The notes: generated by a model from the letters alone, not told the origin. DNA of 32,000 bases from Caldimicrobium thiodismutans (GCF_001548275.1 NZ_AP014945.1:1020001-1052000), one strand, 5' to 3'; counted from the stretch's first letter, positions 16,692 to 26,431 are shown. Program-made: numbers and translations.

Positions 16692-17838
16692 TCCTTATTT
16701 TCTGGGTAAGTTTAAAGAGGTGAGGAATTTCCTCCTCATCTCTAAAGAGTTCCCGAATGGAGAGAATTTCATCCTTTATTTTGAAAAAGATCTCCACAAG
16801 CTGAGGGTCAAAGTGGGCACCCTTTCCACGCTTTATAATTTCAAAGGCCTCATTTATAGTCATAGCCTTACGATAGGGCCTATCTGTAGTTAAGGCATCA
16901 AAGACATCCGCAATGGCTGTAATTCTGGCCAGAAGGGGAATCCTTTCTCCTTTAAGTCCCTCAGGATAACCAGTCCCATCCCATTTTTCATGATGATATC
17001 TGGCAATTTTTTCAGCAGCTTTTAAATATCTTATCTTTGAGCCTGCCAAAATCTCCGCTCCAATAATAGAATGCATCTTCATAATTTCCCATTCAGAGGG
17101 AGTAAGAGCCCCGGGTTTTAAGAGAATCGCATCAGGAATACCAAGCTTACCTATATCATGAAGAGGAGAGGCGTAGCGAAGAACATCTAAGGCCTCATTC
17201 TCTAACCCGAGATGAGCCCCTATAGCCACACTATAATGGGCAATTCTCTGGATATGATAGCCTGTGTGCTCATCTCTGTATTCAGCTGCCTTGGCTAATC
17301 GGTAAATAGTCTCAAGAGAGAGCTCTTTAATCTCTTCAAAGGCAAGTTTCAGATCAAGATTGGCCCTTAAAAGATCGGCAGTCTTTTTTTCCACTTCCTC
17401 TTCCAGTCTTTTTTGATAGTCTTTCAAAAAATCATGGTAGAGCTTAACCTTTGAAAGAGACTTGATTCTTGCTTGAAGTTCAGGTAGCATAAAGGGTTTA
17501 GCAAGGAAATCGTCTGCTCCAGCAAGCAAACCTTTGACCCTTGTGTCAAGGTCATTAACTCCTGTAATCAATATAACTCCTGTATCCATTAAATCAGGGT
17601 TATTTTTAATAAACCTGCAAAGGTTTATCCCATCCATCTCTGGCATAAGATAATCGGTAAGCACTATATCTGGCTCAAAAGATGAAACCTTTTCTAAAGC
17701 TTCTTTTCCATTTTCAGCTGTTTCTACTTGATATCCCTCAGCAAGAAGGATTTCATATATAGAATCCCTGATACCAGGGTCATCATCCACTACCAGAATC
17801 TTAATGATACGCTCTAAGTCTTTTTCTGGAAAAAACAT
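16687..17838 (-). CDS. Response regulator with HD-GYP domain (RpfG-type c-di-GMP phosphodiesterase)
   Basis: The REC domain has ILVVDDD...DIVLTDYLMPEMDG...AKPF. A coiled linker follows, then an HD-GYP domain with HDIGK and HHEKWDGTGYP. Confidence 0.9.
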   Translation of the reverse strand: MFFPEKDLERIIKILVVDDDPGIRDSIYEILLAEGYQVETAENGKEALEKVSSFEPDIVLTDYLMPEMDGINLCRFIKNNPDLMDTGVILITGVNDLDTRVKGLLAGADDFLAKPFMLPELQARIKSLSKVKLYHDFLKDYQKRLEEEVEKKTADLLRANLDLKLAFEEIKELSLETIYRLAKAAEYRDEHTGYHIQRIAHYSVAIGAHLGLENEALDVLRYASPLHDIGKLGIPDAILLKPGALTPSEWEIMKMHSIIGAEILAGSKIRYLKAAEKIARYHHEKWDGTGYPEGLKGERIPLLARITAIADVFDALTTDRPYRKAMTINEAFEIIKRGKGAHFDPQLVEIFFKIKDEILSIRELFRDEEEIPHLFKLTQKIRT

Positions 17839-18470
17839 GTCTCTATCTTGGTAAGCTCCTCAAGGTCATTAATATTGAGGAAACATTTTCCTTTAGGGTC
17901 TATTTTATGCCAAAAAACAGAGGTTGCAAGCAACCCTTTTCCTTGCAGAATAGATAAAAAGGCCTTAAAGCTTTTCCTTGGAGAAAGAGTTAAAAAAGAT
18001 TTTAGTTCCGAGAGAAGAATAGTATTGTAAGCCCCTGGAAGTGGCTCAAGCTCCTCTTCTTTTTCAAATACAAGGGCAGGGGTTTTTATTTTTTCAGTTT
18101 CTTCCAAAAGATATCTTAAAAGGTCTATTTTTATAAGGGGCTGGTCAACAGCAGAAACCAGAAGTAAAGCTTCAACATCAATATAATTAAAGGCTGCATA
18201 GAGACCACTTAGTGGACCAAGATTTTTAAAATTTTTATCATCAAAAATAAATTCTAATTTTTTTGTGCCTCCCAAATATTTTTCAAGGGAATCCTTTAAA
18301 ACCTCTTTTTGTTCTTTTGATTCCACTGAGATTAAAATTGGAATATTCAGTTGAAGATAGGGGTTAAGAGCCCAATAAAGAAGAGGTTTTCCAGCAAGGA
18401 GTTTTAAAGGTTTATTTCCACCGATTCTTTTGCCCTTTCCACCAGCAAGAATTAACCCGAACTTCTTCAA
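17814..18470 (-). CDS. mobA: MobA-like molybdenum cofactor guanylyltransferase
   Basis: GLILAGGKGKRIGG-NKPLKLLAGKPLL, GPLSGLYAA and LLVSAVDQPLI. TTG start overlaps the sbcC stop (TTGA). Confidence 0.75.
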   Translation of the reverse strand: MKKFGLILAGGKGKRIGGNKPLKLLAGKPLLYWALNPYLQLNIPILISVESKEQKEVLKDSLEKYLGGTKKLEFIFDDKNFKNLGPLSGLYAAFNYIDVEALLLVSAVDQPLIKIDLLRYLLEETEKIKTPALVFEKEEELEPLPGAYNTILLSELKSFLTLSPRKSFKAFLSILQGKGLLATSVFWHKIDPKGKCFLNINDLEELTKIETCFFQKKT

Positions 18471-21433
18471 AGATTTCTCCTCATTTTAATGGAGCTTCCG
18501 CCCTCTGGATTTTTGATTACCTCAAGGACAAGGGGAAAACGCTCCTTGAGTTCCTTTAAATGGGAGATAACCCCTATGATTTTTCCTGTTCTCTGGGAGA
18601 GATTAAGTAAACTCTGAACGACCCTGTCTAAGGTTTGTTCATCTAAGGAACCAAAGCCTTCATCAATGAGTAGGGTCTCAAGAGGTCCTTTTTTGGAAAG
18701 GGTTAGCAGAACATCAGATGAACCAAGGGCAAAGGAAAGAGCTGCTAAAAAGGATTCTCCCCCTGAGAGAGTCTTTACCTCACGCTTTGAACCAGTATAG
18801 GTGTCAAAGACCTCAAGAATAAACCTTTTAGTAAAGATATCTCCCTCAACAAAGCGATATCTTCCAAAGGTAAAATCAGAAAAATAGGTGTTAGCCTTTT
18901 TGAGAATAAGACTTAAAAACCGCGAGAGAACAAAGGAGTGAAAGGAAATGTTGGTATTTTTTCCGGAAAGAAGAAGGCTTAGTTTTTCAAGATAGGGATA
19001 CTCCTCTTCCAGAACCCTTTTTTCCTTTAATATCTCTCCATAAGACTTTAGATAATTTTCAGACTGATGAAGAAGCTCCTCCACCTTTCCAAGATTTCTC
19101 TCCCTTTCCACCTTTTCTTTTTCTATTTTAAGCTTTTCCTGATTCAATTTGGTTAGTTCTATAGTAAGTTGCTTTAAGGTTTCTGGATTTAAAGTTAGAT
19201 TATTTTTAGAGGCCTCTTCTTTTAGCTCCCTGAGGGCCAAGGTGAGTCTGTGTCTATCCCTTTCAAAATCAAAAAGATATTTCTCATAGTGGGGAAGATT
19301 TTTAATTTCCTGAAGGCCCTTTTTTATTTCAGAAAAATTTTTAAAAAGTCTCCCTTTTATCAAGGAGACTAATTCCTTAGCAAAAGCCTTTAGTTCTTGC
19401 AGACGCTCTTTAATCTCTCTCTTAAGGTTTTCATAATTGGCCATATGGGTGTGAAGGACCCTTTCAAGTTTTAAATGGGTTGCCTGAAGTTTTTTAGAGT
19501 TCTCTTCAAAGAGTTTGATTTCTTCAGTAATTCTTTTAATCTCCTCTTTAAGTTTTTCTTCATCTTGAGAATCCTTTAAAAAGCCCTTTAAGGCCTTAAT
19601 CTCTCCTTCCAGGGATGCCCTTTTTTCCGAGACCTGGAGAAGTCTATTTTGAAGCTCTTTTTTTTGTCTTTCCAAACCTTCAAGCAGAAGTTTAAGCTCT
19701 TTTTCTTTTTTTTCATACTGAGTAAGTTCTTTAAAAGAAAACTTTTTCTGAACAAGTTCCCCATAAGATTTTTCCAGAGCCAAAAGACTTTCCTTTATTT
19801 CTTCTTCCTTTTCTTGAACCATATTTTGGAGGAAAGAAAGCTCTCCTTCAAGGTGAGAGGCCTCTTTTTTAGTATTTTCAATTTCTGCCTCAACTTTTTC
19901 TAAATTTTTCTGAAGGTGCTCAATCTGAGGCAAAAAGAGGTCCCTTTGGGGTTTAGCAGGATGGACAAGGGATCCACAGACCGGACAGGGCTCTCCTTCT
20001 CTCAGGTTTTGAGATAGAATTATGGCAAGGTGCTTCATTTTTAAGTGCTCAAGCTCTTTCTGCAGGTAGTGCCTCTGCCTTTCAAGTTCTTTGAGTTTTT
20101 CTTTAAGCTTTAGAAGGTTTTGATTTTTTTCATAAAAGGCCCTTAAATAAGATAGCTTTTCTTTTTTTTCCGCCAGAGCTCTTGAGATTTCAAGTAAATT
20201 TTTTAGCTCCTCCCTCTCCTTTTGGATTAATTCAAGCTTCTTTTGTAAAACTTCTCCTGAGGATTCTACAGATTCCAATTCATTTTTCGTATTCAGGTAT
20301 ATTCTTTCAAGTTCTCTAAGATTCTCCTCATAAAGCCTTGCCTTTTGTAAGGTTTGCAAGGCCTCTTCCTTTTTCAAAAGCTCCTCTCTTTTGATTTTAA
20401 TGTGAGCTTCCCTTTCAGAAAGTTCGTTTAACCTTTGAGAGTTCTCTTTTAAGGCGATATTGAGTTTTTCAATAGAGGTCTTTTCCTTCTGCAAGGCAAG
20501 ATGTCTTTCTTTGATAAGGATTTTATTTCGCTCTAAGGCCTCCAAATATGGAGCTTTCCCTCGTAGGGATTTTAATTTTTCAACCTTTTCCTTTAAGGCC
20601 TCTATCTCAGGAAGTTTTGTGGATAGTTCCTTTAATTCTTTCTCAAGAGAGAGTCCTTTTTGAAGAAGCTCAAGGGCTTGCTCCTTTTTTTTAATGTCTT
20701 CCTCGCAATGTTTTAATCCCTGGGTAAGTTTTTTTAATTCCCTTTGAATAAGCTCATTCTGATTTGAGAGGTATTTAAGCTTTTCAACAAGTTCTTCAGG
20801 TCTGGACACCTCGGCAAGTTTCATAAGCTCAGCCTCTCTCTCCTTAAGAAGAGTGAGCTTTTCTTTTAAGGCCTTAGCCTGTTCTTTAAAAAATTCCTCA
20901 AGTCTTGATAGGGTCTCTGTATCAAAGAGTTTTTCAAAGAGGGCCTTTCTTTCTTTAGGATCAGAAAGGAGTATCTCTCGGTATTCTCCCTGAGGGATTA
21001 AAAAGACCTTCTTGAATTGTTTTCCATCCAGGCCAAAGAGCTCACGAATCTTTTCTGAGACCTCACCTGCCTTTTGAGAATATAGTTTATTTCCAATCCA
21101 GAGGGAAACTGTGCCTGTTTGTCTCTCATAAGGGGGTCTGCGCAAAACCCTGTAAATCTTTCCCTGATAGAGAAAATTGAAAGTTACCTCTGGGACAATT
21201 TGAGGGTATCTTTTAAGCAGATGGGAGATAAGATCCTTAGGTGTGCGCTCAGGAAAGGAAGCCTCTCCAAAGATAGCAAAAAGGATGGCATCAAAGAGGG
21301 TGGTCTTTCCAGAGCCTATCTCCCCTGAGATAAGAAAAAGTCTCTCTTTGTGGATCAGATAAAAGATATTTTCGTCAAGGACTGTTTTTAAATAGGGGCC
21401 AAAGCCCTGAATTGAGAGATAAAGAGGGCGCAT
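18467..21433 (-). CDS. sbcC: SbcC/Rad50-family SMC-like ATPase (exonuclease subunit C)
   Basis: Walker A GEIGSGKTTLFDAILFAIFG, a long K/E/L coiled coil, and a central zinc hook CPVCG. The C-terminal signature is LSGGESFLAALSFALG, with Walker B LLIDEGFGSLD. 988 aa. Confidence 0.9.
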   Translation of the reverse strand: MRPLYLSIQGFGPYLKTVLDENIFYLIHKERLFLISGEIGSGKTTLFDAILFAIFGEASFPERTPKDLISHLLKRYPQIVPEVTFNFLYQGKIYRVLRRPPYERQTGTVSLWIGNKLYSQKAGEVSEKIRELFGLDGKQFKKVFLIPQGEYREILLSDPKERKALFEKLFDTETLSRLEEFFKEQAKALKEKLTLLKEREAELMKLAEVSRPEELVEKLKYLSNQNELIQRELKKLTQGLKHCEEDIKKKEQALELLQKGLSLEKELKELSTKLPEIEALKEKVEKLKSLRGKAPYLEALERNKILIKERHLALQKEKTSIEKLNIALKENSQRLNELSEREAHIKIKREELLKKEEALQTLQKARLYEENLRELERIYLNTKNELESVESSGEVLQKKLELIQKEREELKNLLEISRALAEKKEKLSYLRAFYEKNQNLLKLKEKLKELERQRHYLQKELEHLKMKHLAIILSQNLREGEPCPVCGSLVHPAKPQRDLFLPQIEHLQKNLEKVEAEIENTKKEASHLEGELSFLQNMVQEKEEEIKESLLALEKSYGELVQKKFSFKELTQYEKKEKELKLLLEGLERQKKELQNRLLQVSEKRASLEGEIKALKGFLKDSQDEEKLKEEIKRITEEIKLFEENSKKLQATHLKLERVLHTHMANYENLKREIKERLQELKAFAKELVSLIKGRLFKNFSEIKKGLQEIKNLPHYEKYLFDFERDRHRLTLALRELKEEASKNNLTLNPETLKQLTIELTKLNQEKLKIEKEKVERERNLGKVEELLHQSENYLKSYGEILKEKRVLEEEYPYLEKLSLLLSGKNTNISFHSFVLSRFLSLILKKANTYFSDFTFGRYRFVEGDIFTKRFILEVFDTYTGSKREVKTLSGGESFLAALSFALGSSDVLLTLSKKGPLETLLIDEGFGSLDEQTLDRVVQSLLNLSQRTGKIIGVISHLKELKERFPLVLEVIKNPEGGSSIKMRRNL

Positions 21434-21443
21434 AAATGAGGTC

Positions 21444-21905
21444 TTACTTTATTTTTCCCTTGTATTTTCGTCTGATTTCCCGATCAAGTTCCCGGCGTTT
21501 AATGTCTTCCCGGCGATCAAAGACCTTTTTACCCTTAGCTAAGCCTAATTCTACTTTAGCAAGACCTCTTTCATTAAAATAAACCTTGAGAGGCACAAGG
21601 GTATAACCTTTTTCCTGAACCTTTCCGGAGAGGCGTTTTATCTCCCTTTTGTGCATAAGGAGTTTTCTTGTGCGAGTAGGGTCAAGGTTTTTCGCCTCAA
21701 GACTGTGAGGATAGGGACTTATATGAAAGTTATAGAGAAAGAGCTCTCCATTGAGAATTCTTGCAAAACTATCCGAGAGATTGGCTCTACCTTCGCGCAG
21801 GGATTTGACTTCACACCCTAAGAGTTGAATACCTGCTTCATAAGTTTCCTCTATATCATAAAGATGATGGGCCTTGCGATTGGTACAGACGATTTTCTGG
21901 GGCAT
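21444..21905 (-). CDS. smpB: SsrA-binding protein SmpB
   Basis: NRKAHHLYDIEETYEAGIQLLGCEVKSLR...ANLSDSFA...GELFLYNFHISPY...RTRKLLMHKREI, with a basic C-terminal tail. Confidence 0.95.
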   Translation of the reverse strand: MPQKIVCTNRKAHHLYDIEETYEAGIQLLGCEVKSLREGRANLSDSFARILNGELFLYNFHISPYPHSLEAKNLDPTRTRKLLMHKREIKRLSGKVQEKGYTLVPLKVYFNERGLAKVELGLAKGKKVFDRREDIKRRELDREIRRKYKGKIK

Positions 21906-21910
21906 AAAGC

Positions 21911-23236
21911 TTACACCCCCATAAAACGCCTAAGGAAGCCATGCATTTTTCCCGGGCTTTTGAATTGTTTCATTAAGGTCTTCATTTCTTCAAAGCTTTT
22001 AAGAAGTTTATTTACATCCTGAACTGTGGTTCCAGAGCCTTTGGCAATTCTGCGTTTTCTGCTGGCATTAATGATGTGAGGATTGCGTCTTTCCTGAGGG
22101 GTCATAGAATTAATGATAGCCTCCATCTTATGGATCTCCTTCTCATTGATAGGGAGATTGTCAATTTTCTTTCCTAACCCGGGTAGAAAACTCAAAATAT
22201 CTTTTATGGACCCAAGTTTTTTCATTTGCTGAAGCTGTTCTCTTAAGTCTTCAAGATCAAATTGAAGTTTTTTAAGTTTTTTTTCAAGCTCGCGCGCCTT
22301 TTTAATATCAAAGGCCTCCTGAGCCTTTTCCACCAGGGTCAAAATATCCCCCATTCCAAGGATTCTTGATGCAAGTCTTTCAGGGTGAAAGACTTCAAGG
22401 GCATCTAATTTCTCTCCAATGCCCAGAAATTTTATAGGACAGCCAGTGACCTCTTTAATAGAAAAGGCTGCTCCTCCACGGGCATCTCCCTCTACCTTGG
22501 TAAGAATAATTCCTGTAAGGCCTACTCTTTCCTGAAAGGTTTGGGCTACATTCACCGCATCTTGCCCCATCATAGCGTCAGCTACTAAGAGAACCTCTTG
22601 AGGTTTTAAAAAATCTTTAATAGCCTTGAGTTCCTCCATAAGGGCTTCATCAATATGTAATCTTCCAGCGGTATCCACAATCAAGACATCTCTGCCTGAG
22701 TCTTTTGCAATTTTTAAGGCCCGCTCAGCAATTTCAAGAGCCTTTTCCTGAGGGGTAGCTGAAACAAAGGGCAGCTCAATCTTTTCAGAAAGGATGCGTA
22801 ACTGGTCAATGGCAGCAGGTCTGTAAATATCTGTTGAGCAAAGTAAAGGATTGTGTCCCTTTTTTTTAAGATATTTAGCAAGTTTGGCAGCTGTAGTAGT
22901 TTTACCTGAGCCTTGAAGCCCTGCTAAAAGAATAACGGAAGGTTTTCCAGTAAGATTTAAGCCTGAGGCCTTGCCTCCGAGGGTCTCAACCAGTTCGTCA
23001 TAGACAATCTTGACCATCTGTTGAAAGGGGGTAAGACTCTCAAGAACCTCAGAGGAAAGGGCCCTGTTTTCCACTCTTTGCAGAAAATCCTTGACTACTT
23101 TGTAATTAACATCCGCCTCAAGGAGAGCAAGCCTTATTTCCCGTAAGCCCTTTTTAATATCTTCTGCACTAAGTTTGCCCCTATCCTTAAAGCCTGATAA
23201 AGCCTTTTCTAATCTTTCCGTTAAGTTTTCAAACAC
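21911..23236 (-). CDS. ffh: Signal recognition particle protein Ffh
   Basis: The N-domain is followed by G-domain motifs GLQGSGKTTTAAKLA, DTAGR and TKVEGDARGG. A Met-rich M-domain follows. GTG start is preceded by GAGGTGGGAG. Confidence 0.97.
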   Translation of the reverse strand: MFENLTERLEKALSGFKDRGKLSAEDIKKGLREIRLALLEADVNYKVVKDFLQRVENRALSSEVLESLTPFQQMVKIVYDELVETLGGKASGLNLTGKPSVILLAGLQGSGKTTTAAKLAKYLKKKGHNPLLCSTDIYRPAAIDQLRILSEKIELPFVSATPQEKALEIAERALKIAKDSGRDVLIVDTAGRLHIDEALMEELKAIKDFLKPQEVLLVADAMMGQDAVNVAQTFQERVGLTGIILTKVEGDARGGAAFSIKEVTGCPIKFLGIGEKLDALEVFHPERLASRILGMGDILTLVEKAQEAFDIKKARELEKKLKKLQFDLEDLREQLQQMKKLGSIKDILSFLPGLGKKIDNLPINEKEIHKMEAIINSMTPQERRNPHIINASRKRRIAKGSGTTVQDVNKLLKSFEEMKTLMKQFKSPGKMHGFLRRFMGV

Positions 23237-23340
23237 AAGCTCCCACCTCTTTAATGATTTAGATTATAAAGTAGCACAAACCTTTTTAGAATTCAAGCGG
23301 GATATCTCCTAATGCCTCCTTTAATTTTTTGAAGGAATTT

Positions 23341-23370
23341 ATTTTACCTCCCCCTACTTTTTATTGTCAA
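23341..23370 (-). promoter_or_regulatory. Sigma-70-type promoter for the ffh-smpB-sbcC-mobA-RR operon
   Basis: Minus strand: TTGACA (23370-23365), 18-nt spacer, TAAAAT (23346-23341). This is about 100 nt upstream of the ffh GTG. Confidence 0.55.
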
Positions 23371-23701
23371 TTTTTTCCCCGGAAATAATCCCCTTTTTTT
23401 CTCTAAATATGCTCTCTCGAGCATTTTCTAATACCTCCTTATCTTTCTGTAAAGCTCCTTTACCTTCCCACCCACTTTTTCCTTTGAAATAAGTTTTACG
23501 AAAGAACTAAGCTTGTAAATTCAAGAGGGGCGAAATAGATATTTTTATCGTGAAGGTTCAAGAGAGGAGCTAAGATTTTTTATATGAGGCAACGATAAAA
23601 TTTTGAATAGATTTTTAATGAGGCAATTCGACATCTTCCAAAATAAAAATTAATTGTTAAAATTTAATTTTATAGGTAACTTTTGATTATAAGGAGGAGC
23701 T

Positions 23702-24112
23702 ATGGAATTTGGAATACTTGAAGATTATGCTGTGAGGATGGTGCTTTTTCTTGCGCAGAATAATGGAAAAATCATCTCCCGAGGTGAGATAAGTGAGGCA
23801 ATGGCGATACCTATAACGGTTCTTGCAAGAATTGGCCAGACCCTTGAAGCTGCTGGAATTGTGGAGATTCATAGAGGAAAAAGAGGAGGATATAAGCTGA
23901 GAAAACCCCCTGAAAAAATTACCCTTCTTGAGGTTCTTGAAAGTTTCATCGGGAAAATTGCTATAAATAAGTGTGTAGATAATCCTAATTTTTGCGTAAG
24001 AGAGGGAGTTTGTCCTGTAAATCGCATTTGGAAGGAGATAAATGAAAAGTTTAGAAATCTTTTAAGGGTTGATTTTAAGACCCTTCTTGAGATGGAGAAA
24101 ACCTTAACTTAA
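23702..24112 (+). CDS. Rrf2 family transcriptional regulator (IscR/NsrR-like, probable Fe-S ligand cysteines)
   Basis: The N-terminal wHTH is EDYAVRMVLFLAQNNGKIISRGEISEAMAIPITVLARIGQTLEAAGIVEIHRGKRGGYKL. The three-Cys cluster CVDNPNFCVREGVCPV follows. A strong RBS AAGGAGGAG precedes the ATG. Confidence 0.85.
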   Translation: MEFGILEDYAVRMVLFLAQNNGKIISRGEISEAMAIPITVLARIGQTLEAAGIVEIHRGKRGGYKLRKPPEKITLLEVLESFIGKIAINKCVDNPNFCVREGVCPVNRIWKEINEKFRNLLRVDFKTLLEMEKTLT

Positions 24113-24126
24113 AAGTAAAAAGCTTT

Positions 24127-24750
24127 ATGAAAAATTTTATTATTTTCCGGCACGGTCCTATTGCAGAAGAGTATCGTAAAGTGTTTTATGGTCAGGTAGA
24201 TGTTCCTCTATCCTCTCAAGGAGAAAAACTTTCTCTTGAGGTAGTTGAAGGGCTCAAGGAAATTCCTTTAAAAAAACTTTTTTCAAGCCCTTTAAAAAGG
24301 GCTCTCTATCCAGCTCAGATTCTCTCAAAGGAAAAGGGACTTCCCCTTGAGGTAAGAAATGAACTGAAAGAGATAAATTATGGAACCTGGGCGGGAAGAC
24401 CAAGGGAAGAGGTCTATAAAGAACCCCTTTACTGGGAAAGGCTAAAAAAAGATTATCTTTCTCCTCCAGGTGGGGAATCTCTAAGGGATTTAAGGGAGAG
24501 GGCAAAAAAGTTCTGGGAGCTACTGAAAGGTCTTGAAGCTGGAAATTATGCCATCTTTACCCATGGGGGCTTTATTCGGGCCCTTCTCTGTGAACTTTTA
24601 AACCTTGAAAACACTTTGTTCTTTGCCTTTGAAGTCTATCATTTAAAAGCTGTCTTAATAACCCTCTTTGAAGATGGAATCTTTGTTATTAAAGGAGTTA
24701 ATCTTAAGATTCAAGAAATATCCCAATTAATGGAATCCTCTTATTGGTAG
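24127..24750 (+). CDS. Histidine phosphatase superfamily protein (phosphoglycerate mutase / CobC-like)
   Basis: RHG catalytic motif (IIFRHGP), SSPLKRA, E.NYG.W.G, and a second His in IFTHGGFIRAL. Confidence 0.8.
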   Translation: MKNFIIFRHGPIAEEYRKVFYGQVDVPLSSQGEKLSLEVVEGLKEIPLKKLFSSPLKRALYPAQILSKEKGLPLEVRNELKEINYGTWAGRPREEVYKEPLYWERLKKDYLSPPGGESLRDLRERAKKFWELLKGLEAGNYAIFTHGGFIRALLCELLNLENTLFFAFEVYHLKAVLITLFEDGIFVIKGVNLKIQEISQLMESSYW

Positions 24751-24789
24751 CCTATTCCACTAACATTTTAACAGGATTTAAAACAAAGG

Positions 24790-24904
24790 TGTATGCACCT
24801 CTATCTTTTGAGGCTTAAAGCTACCTCTTTTGACAGATAAATCTGCCTTTCACCTCTCACCTTTTTCCCCTCCTTCCTTTTTCTTGTAAGGATCTGAGCT
24901 TATG
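24790..24904 (-). repeat. Intergenic repeat family copy 4 (short form, reads on the minus strand, degenerate 3' terminus)
   Basis: Reverse complement: GCATAAGCTCAGATCCTTACAAGAAAAAGGAAGGAGGGGAAAAAGGTGAGAGGTGAAAGG...GCCTCAAAAGATAGAGGTGCATAC. No convincing -35/-10 follows its terminus, which faces the 3' end of the phosphatase gene. Confidence 0.75.
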
Positions 24905-25024
24905 CAACCAAAACCTTATATGGAGAGAGAACTTTTTTCAATTTTCTACAAAATTCATAAAATGTTGCAAAAATTAAATCTGGTATTACCCTCTAAAACT
25001 AAAAATACTAAGGAGGAGGGGGAT

Positions 25025-25981
25025 ATGAGGTGGTTACTTCGTACTTTCAGTATGGTTGCGCTTCTTCTTTTATTTACATGTGTAATTAGTATGGCAGCAG
25101 AGACTACTCCTCAGGTTATGGAGGGGGGCTCGAGTTTTCCCTGGTGGGCTTGGCCGCTTTTGCTTTTTATCGTAACCTTTATTTTGGGGATCATTGCTGT
25201 GCTGGGAGGTGTTGGAGGAGGAGTTCTTTTTGTGCCTATAGTGGGTGGATTTTTTCCATTTAATTTAGACTTTGTAAGGGGTGCAGGATTACTTGTAGCC
25301 CTTTCTGGGGCTCTTGCTGCTGGCCCAGGGCTTTTAAGAAGAGGGCTTGCGGATTTAAGACTCACTATTCCCCTTGCCCTAATTGCCTCAACAAGTGCTA
25401 TCTTTGGTGCTATGATAGGGCTTTCTCTTCCCAAAAATGTAGTAAATACCCTTCTTGGACTTACTATTCTTGGTATTGTAGTTATTATGCTTACTGCTAA
25501 AAAGTCTGAATATCCTGAAGTTAAAAAGGCAGATGCCCTTTCCCGGGCTTTAAAGATTTATGGAATTTATTATGAGCCTACTACCGGAAAGGAAGTGGAA
25601 TGGAAAGTGCATAGAACACCTATTGCTCTTCTTCTTTTTGTTGTGATAGGAATTATGGCAGGAATGTTTGGACTTGGAGCTGGCTGGGCCAATGTCCCTG
25701 TTCTTAACTTATTAATGGGTGTTCCCTTAAAGGTTGCAGTTTCAACCAGTAAATTTTTGCTCTCTATTACGGATACTTCAGCTGCCTGGATTTATCTTAA
25801 CAGTGGAGCTATCATACCCATGATAGTGGTTCCCTCTATTGTTGGAATTATGCTTGGTTCTATTGTGGGAGTTAGAGTTTTAGCAGTTGCCAAACCCAAA
25901 GTGATTCGCTGGGTAGTTATTGGTCTTCTTGCTTTTTCAGGCTTAAGGGCCCTGCTTAAAGGCCTTGGAATCTGGACTTAA
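25025..25981 (+). CDS. TauE/SafE (TSUP, DUF81) family anion permease
   Basis: Polytopic with two repeated halves. Each half has the G-G-G motif typical of DUF81 (LGGVGGGVLFVPI and FGLGAGWANVP). ATG 25025 follows AAGGAGGAGGGGG. The upstream part of the track ORF (24902-25024) is repeat/promoter sequence. Confidence 0.8.
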   Translation: MRWLLRTFSMVALLLLFTCVISMAAETTPQVMEGGSSFPWWAWPLLLFIVTFILGIIAVLGGVGGGVLFVPIVGGFFPFNLDFVRGAGLLVALSGALAAGPGLLRRGLADLRLTIPLALIASTSAIFGAMIGLSLPKNVVNTLLGLTILGIVVIMLTAKKSEYPEVKKADALSRALKIYGIYYEPTTGKEVEWKVHRTPIALLLFVVIGIMAGMFGLGAGWANVPVLNLLMGVPLKVAVSTSKFLLSITDTSAAWIYLNSGAIIPMIVVPSIVGIMLGSIVGVRVLAVAKPKVIRWVVIGLLAFSGLRALLKGLGIWT

Positions 25982-26007
25982 AAAAACTTTTAGAAAGGAG
26001 GGAAACA

Positions 26008-26424
26008 ATGGCTAAAGAAATCAAACCTTCAGAAGAACAGCTTTCCTATGCAGCTCTTCTTGATATAGGTATGAAATTAGGTCTTATTGGAATTGTGATT
26101 ACTTTTGCGATTTATGTTTTTGGAATTTTTTCTCCTTACCTACCCGTTGAGGATTTGCCTCAGTATTGGAAACTTAATGTCCACAAATATCTTGAGGTTA
26201 CCAGGATTCAGTCTGGTTGGGCCTGGATCACCCTTCTTCACAAAGGCGATTTTTTGAACTTTTTACCCATTGCCTTTCTCAGTGCTTTAAGCATAATTTG
26301 TTATATAAGGATTCTTCCTATTTTTCTTAAAAAGAAGGAGTCCATATATGCCTTTTTGGCTCTTCTTCAGGTATTGATTCTACTTTTAGCTGCCTCAGGA
26401 ATTCTCAAAGTGGGAGGGCACTAA
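26008..26424 (+). CDS. Small integral membrane protein, DUF1634-like partner of TauE permeases
   Basis: 138 aa with 3-4 TM segments. It starts 26 nt after the TauE gene behind the RBS AAGGAGGG. The family assignment rests on size, topology and context only. Confidence 0.45.
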   Translation: MAKEIKPSEEQLSYAALLDIGMKLGLIGIVITFAIYVFGIFSPYLPVEDLPQYWKLNVHKYLEVTRIQSGWAWITLLHKGDFLNFLPIAFLSALSIICYIRILPIFLKKKESIYAFLALLQVLILLLAASGILKVGGH

Positions 26425-26431
26425 GAGGATT

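Noticed and set aside
24902-25024. N-terminal 41-codon extension of the TauE ORF given in the track
   Set aside because: The extension begins inside repeat copy 4 and spans a promoter-like region (TTTTCA-N17-TAAAAT). ATG 25025 has a very strong RBS (AAGGAGGAGGGGG) and yields a signal-like N-terminus.
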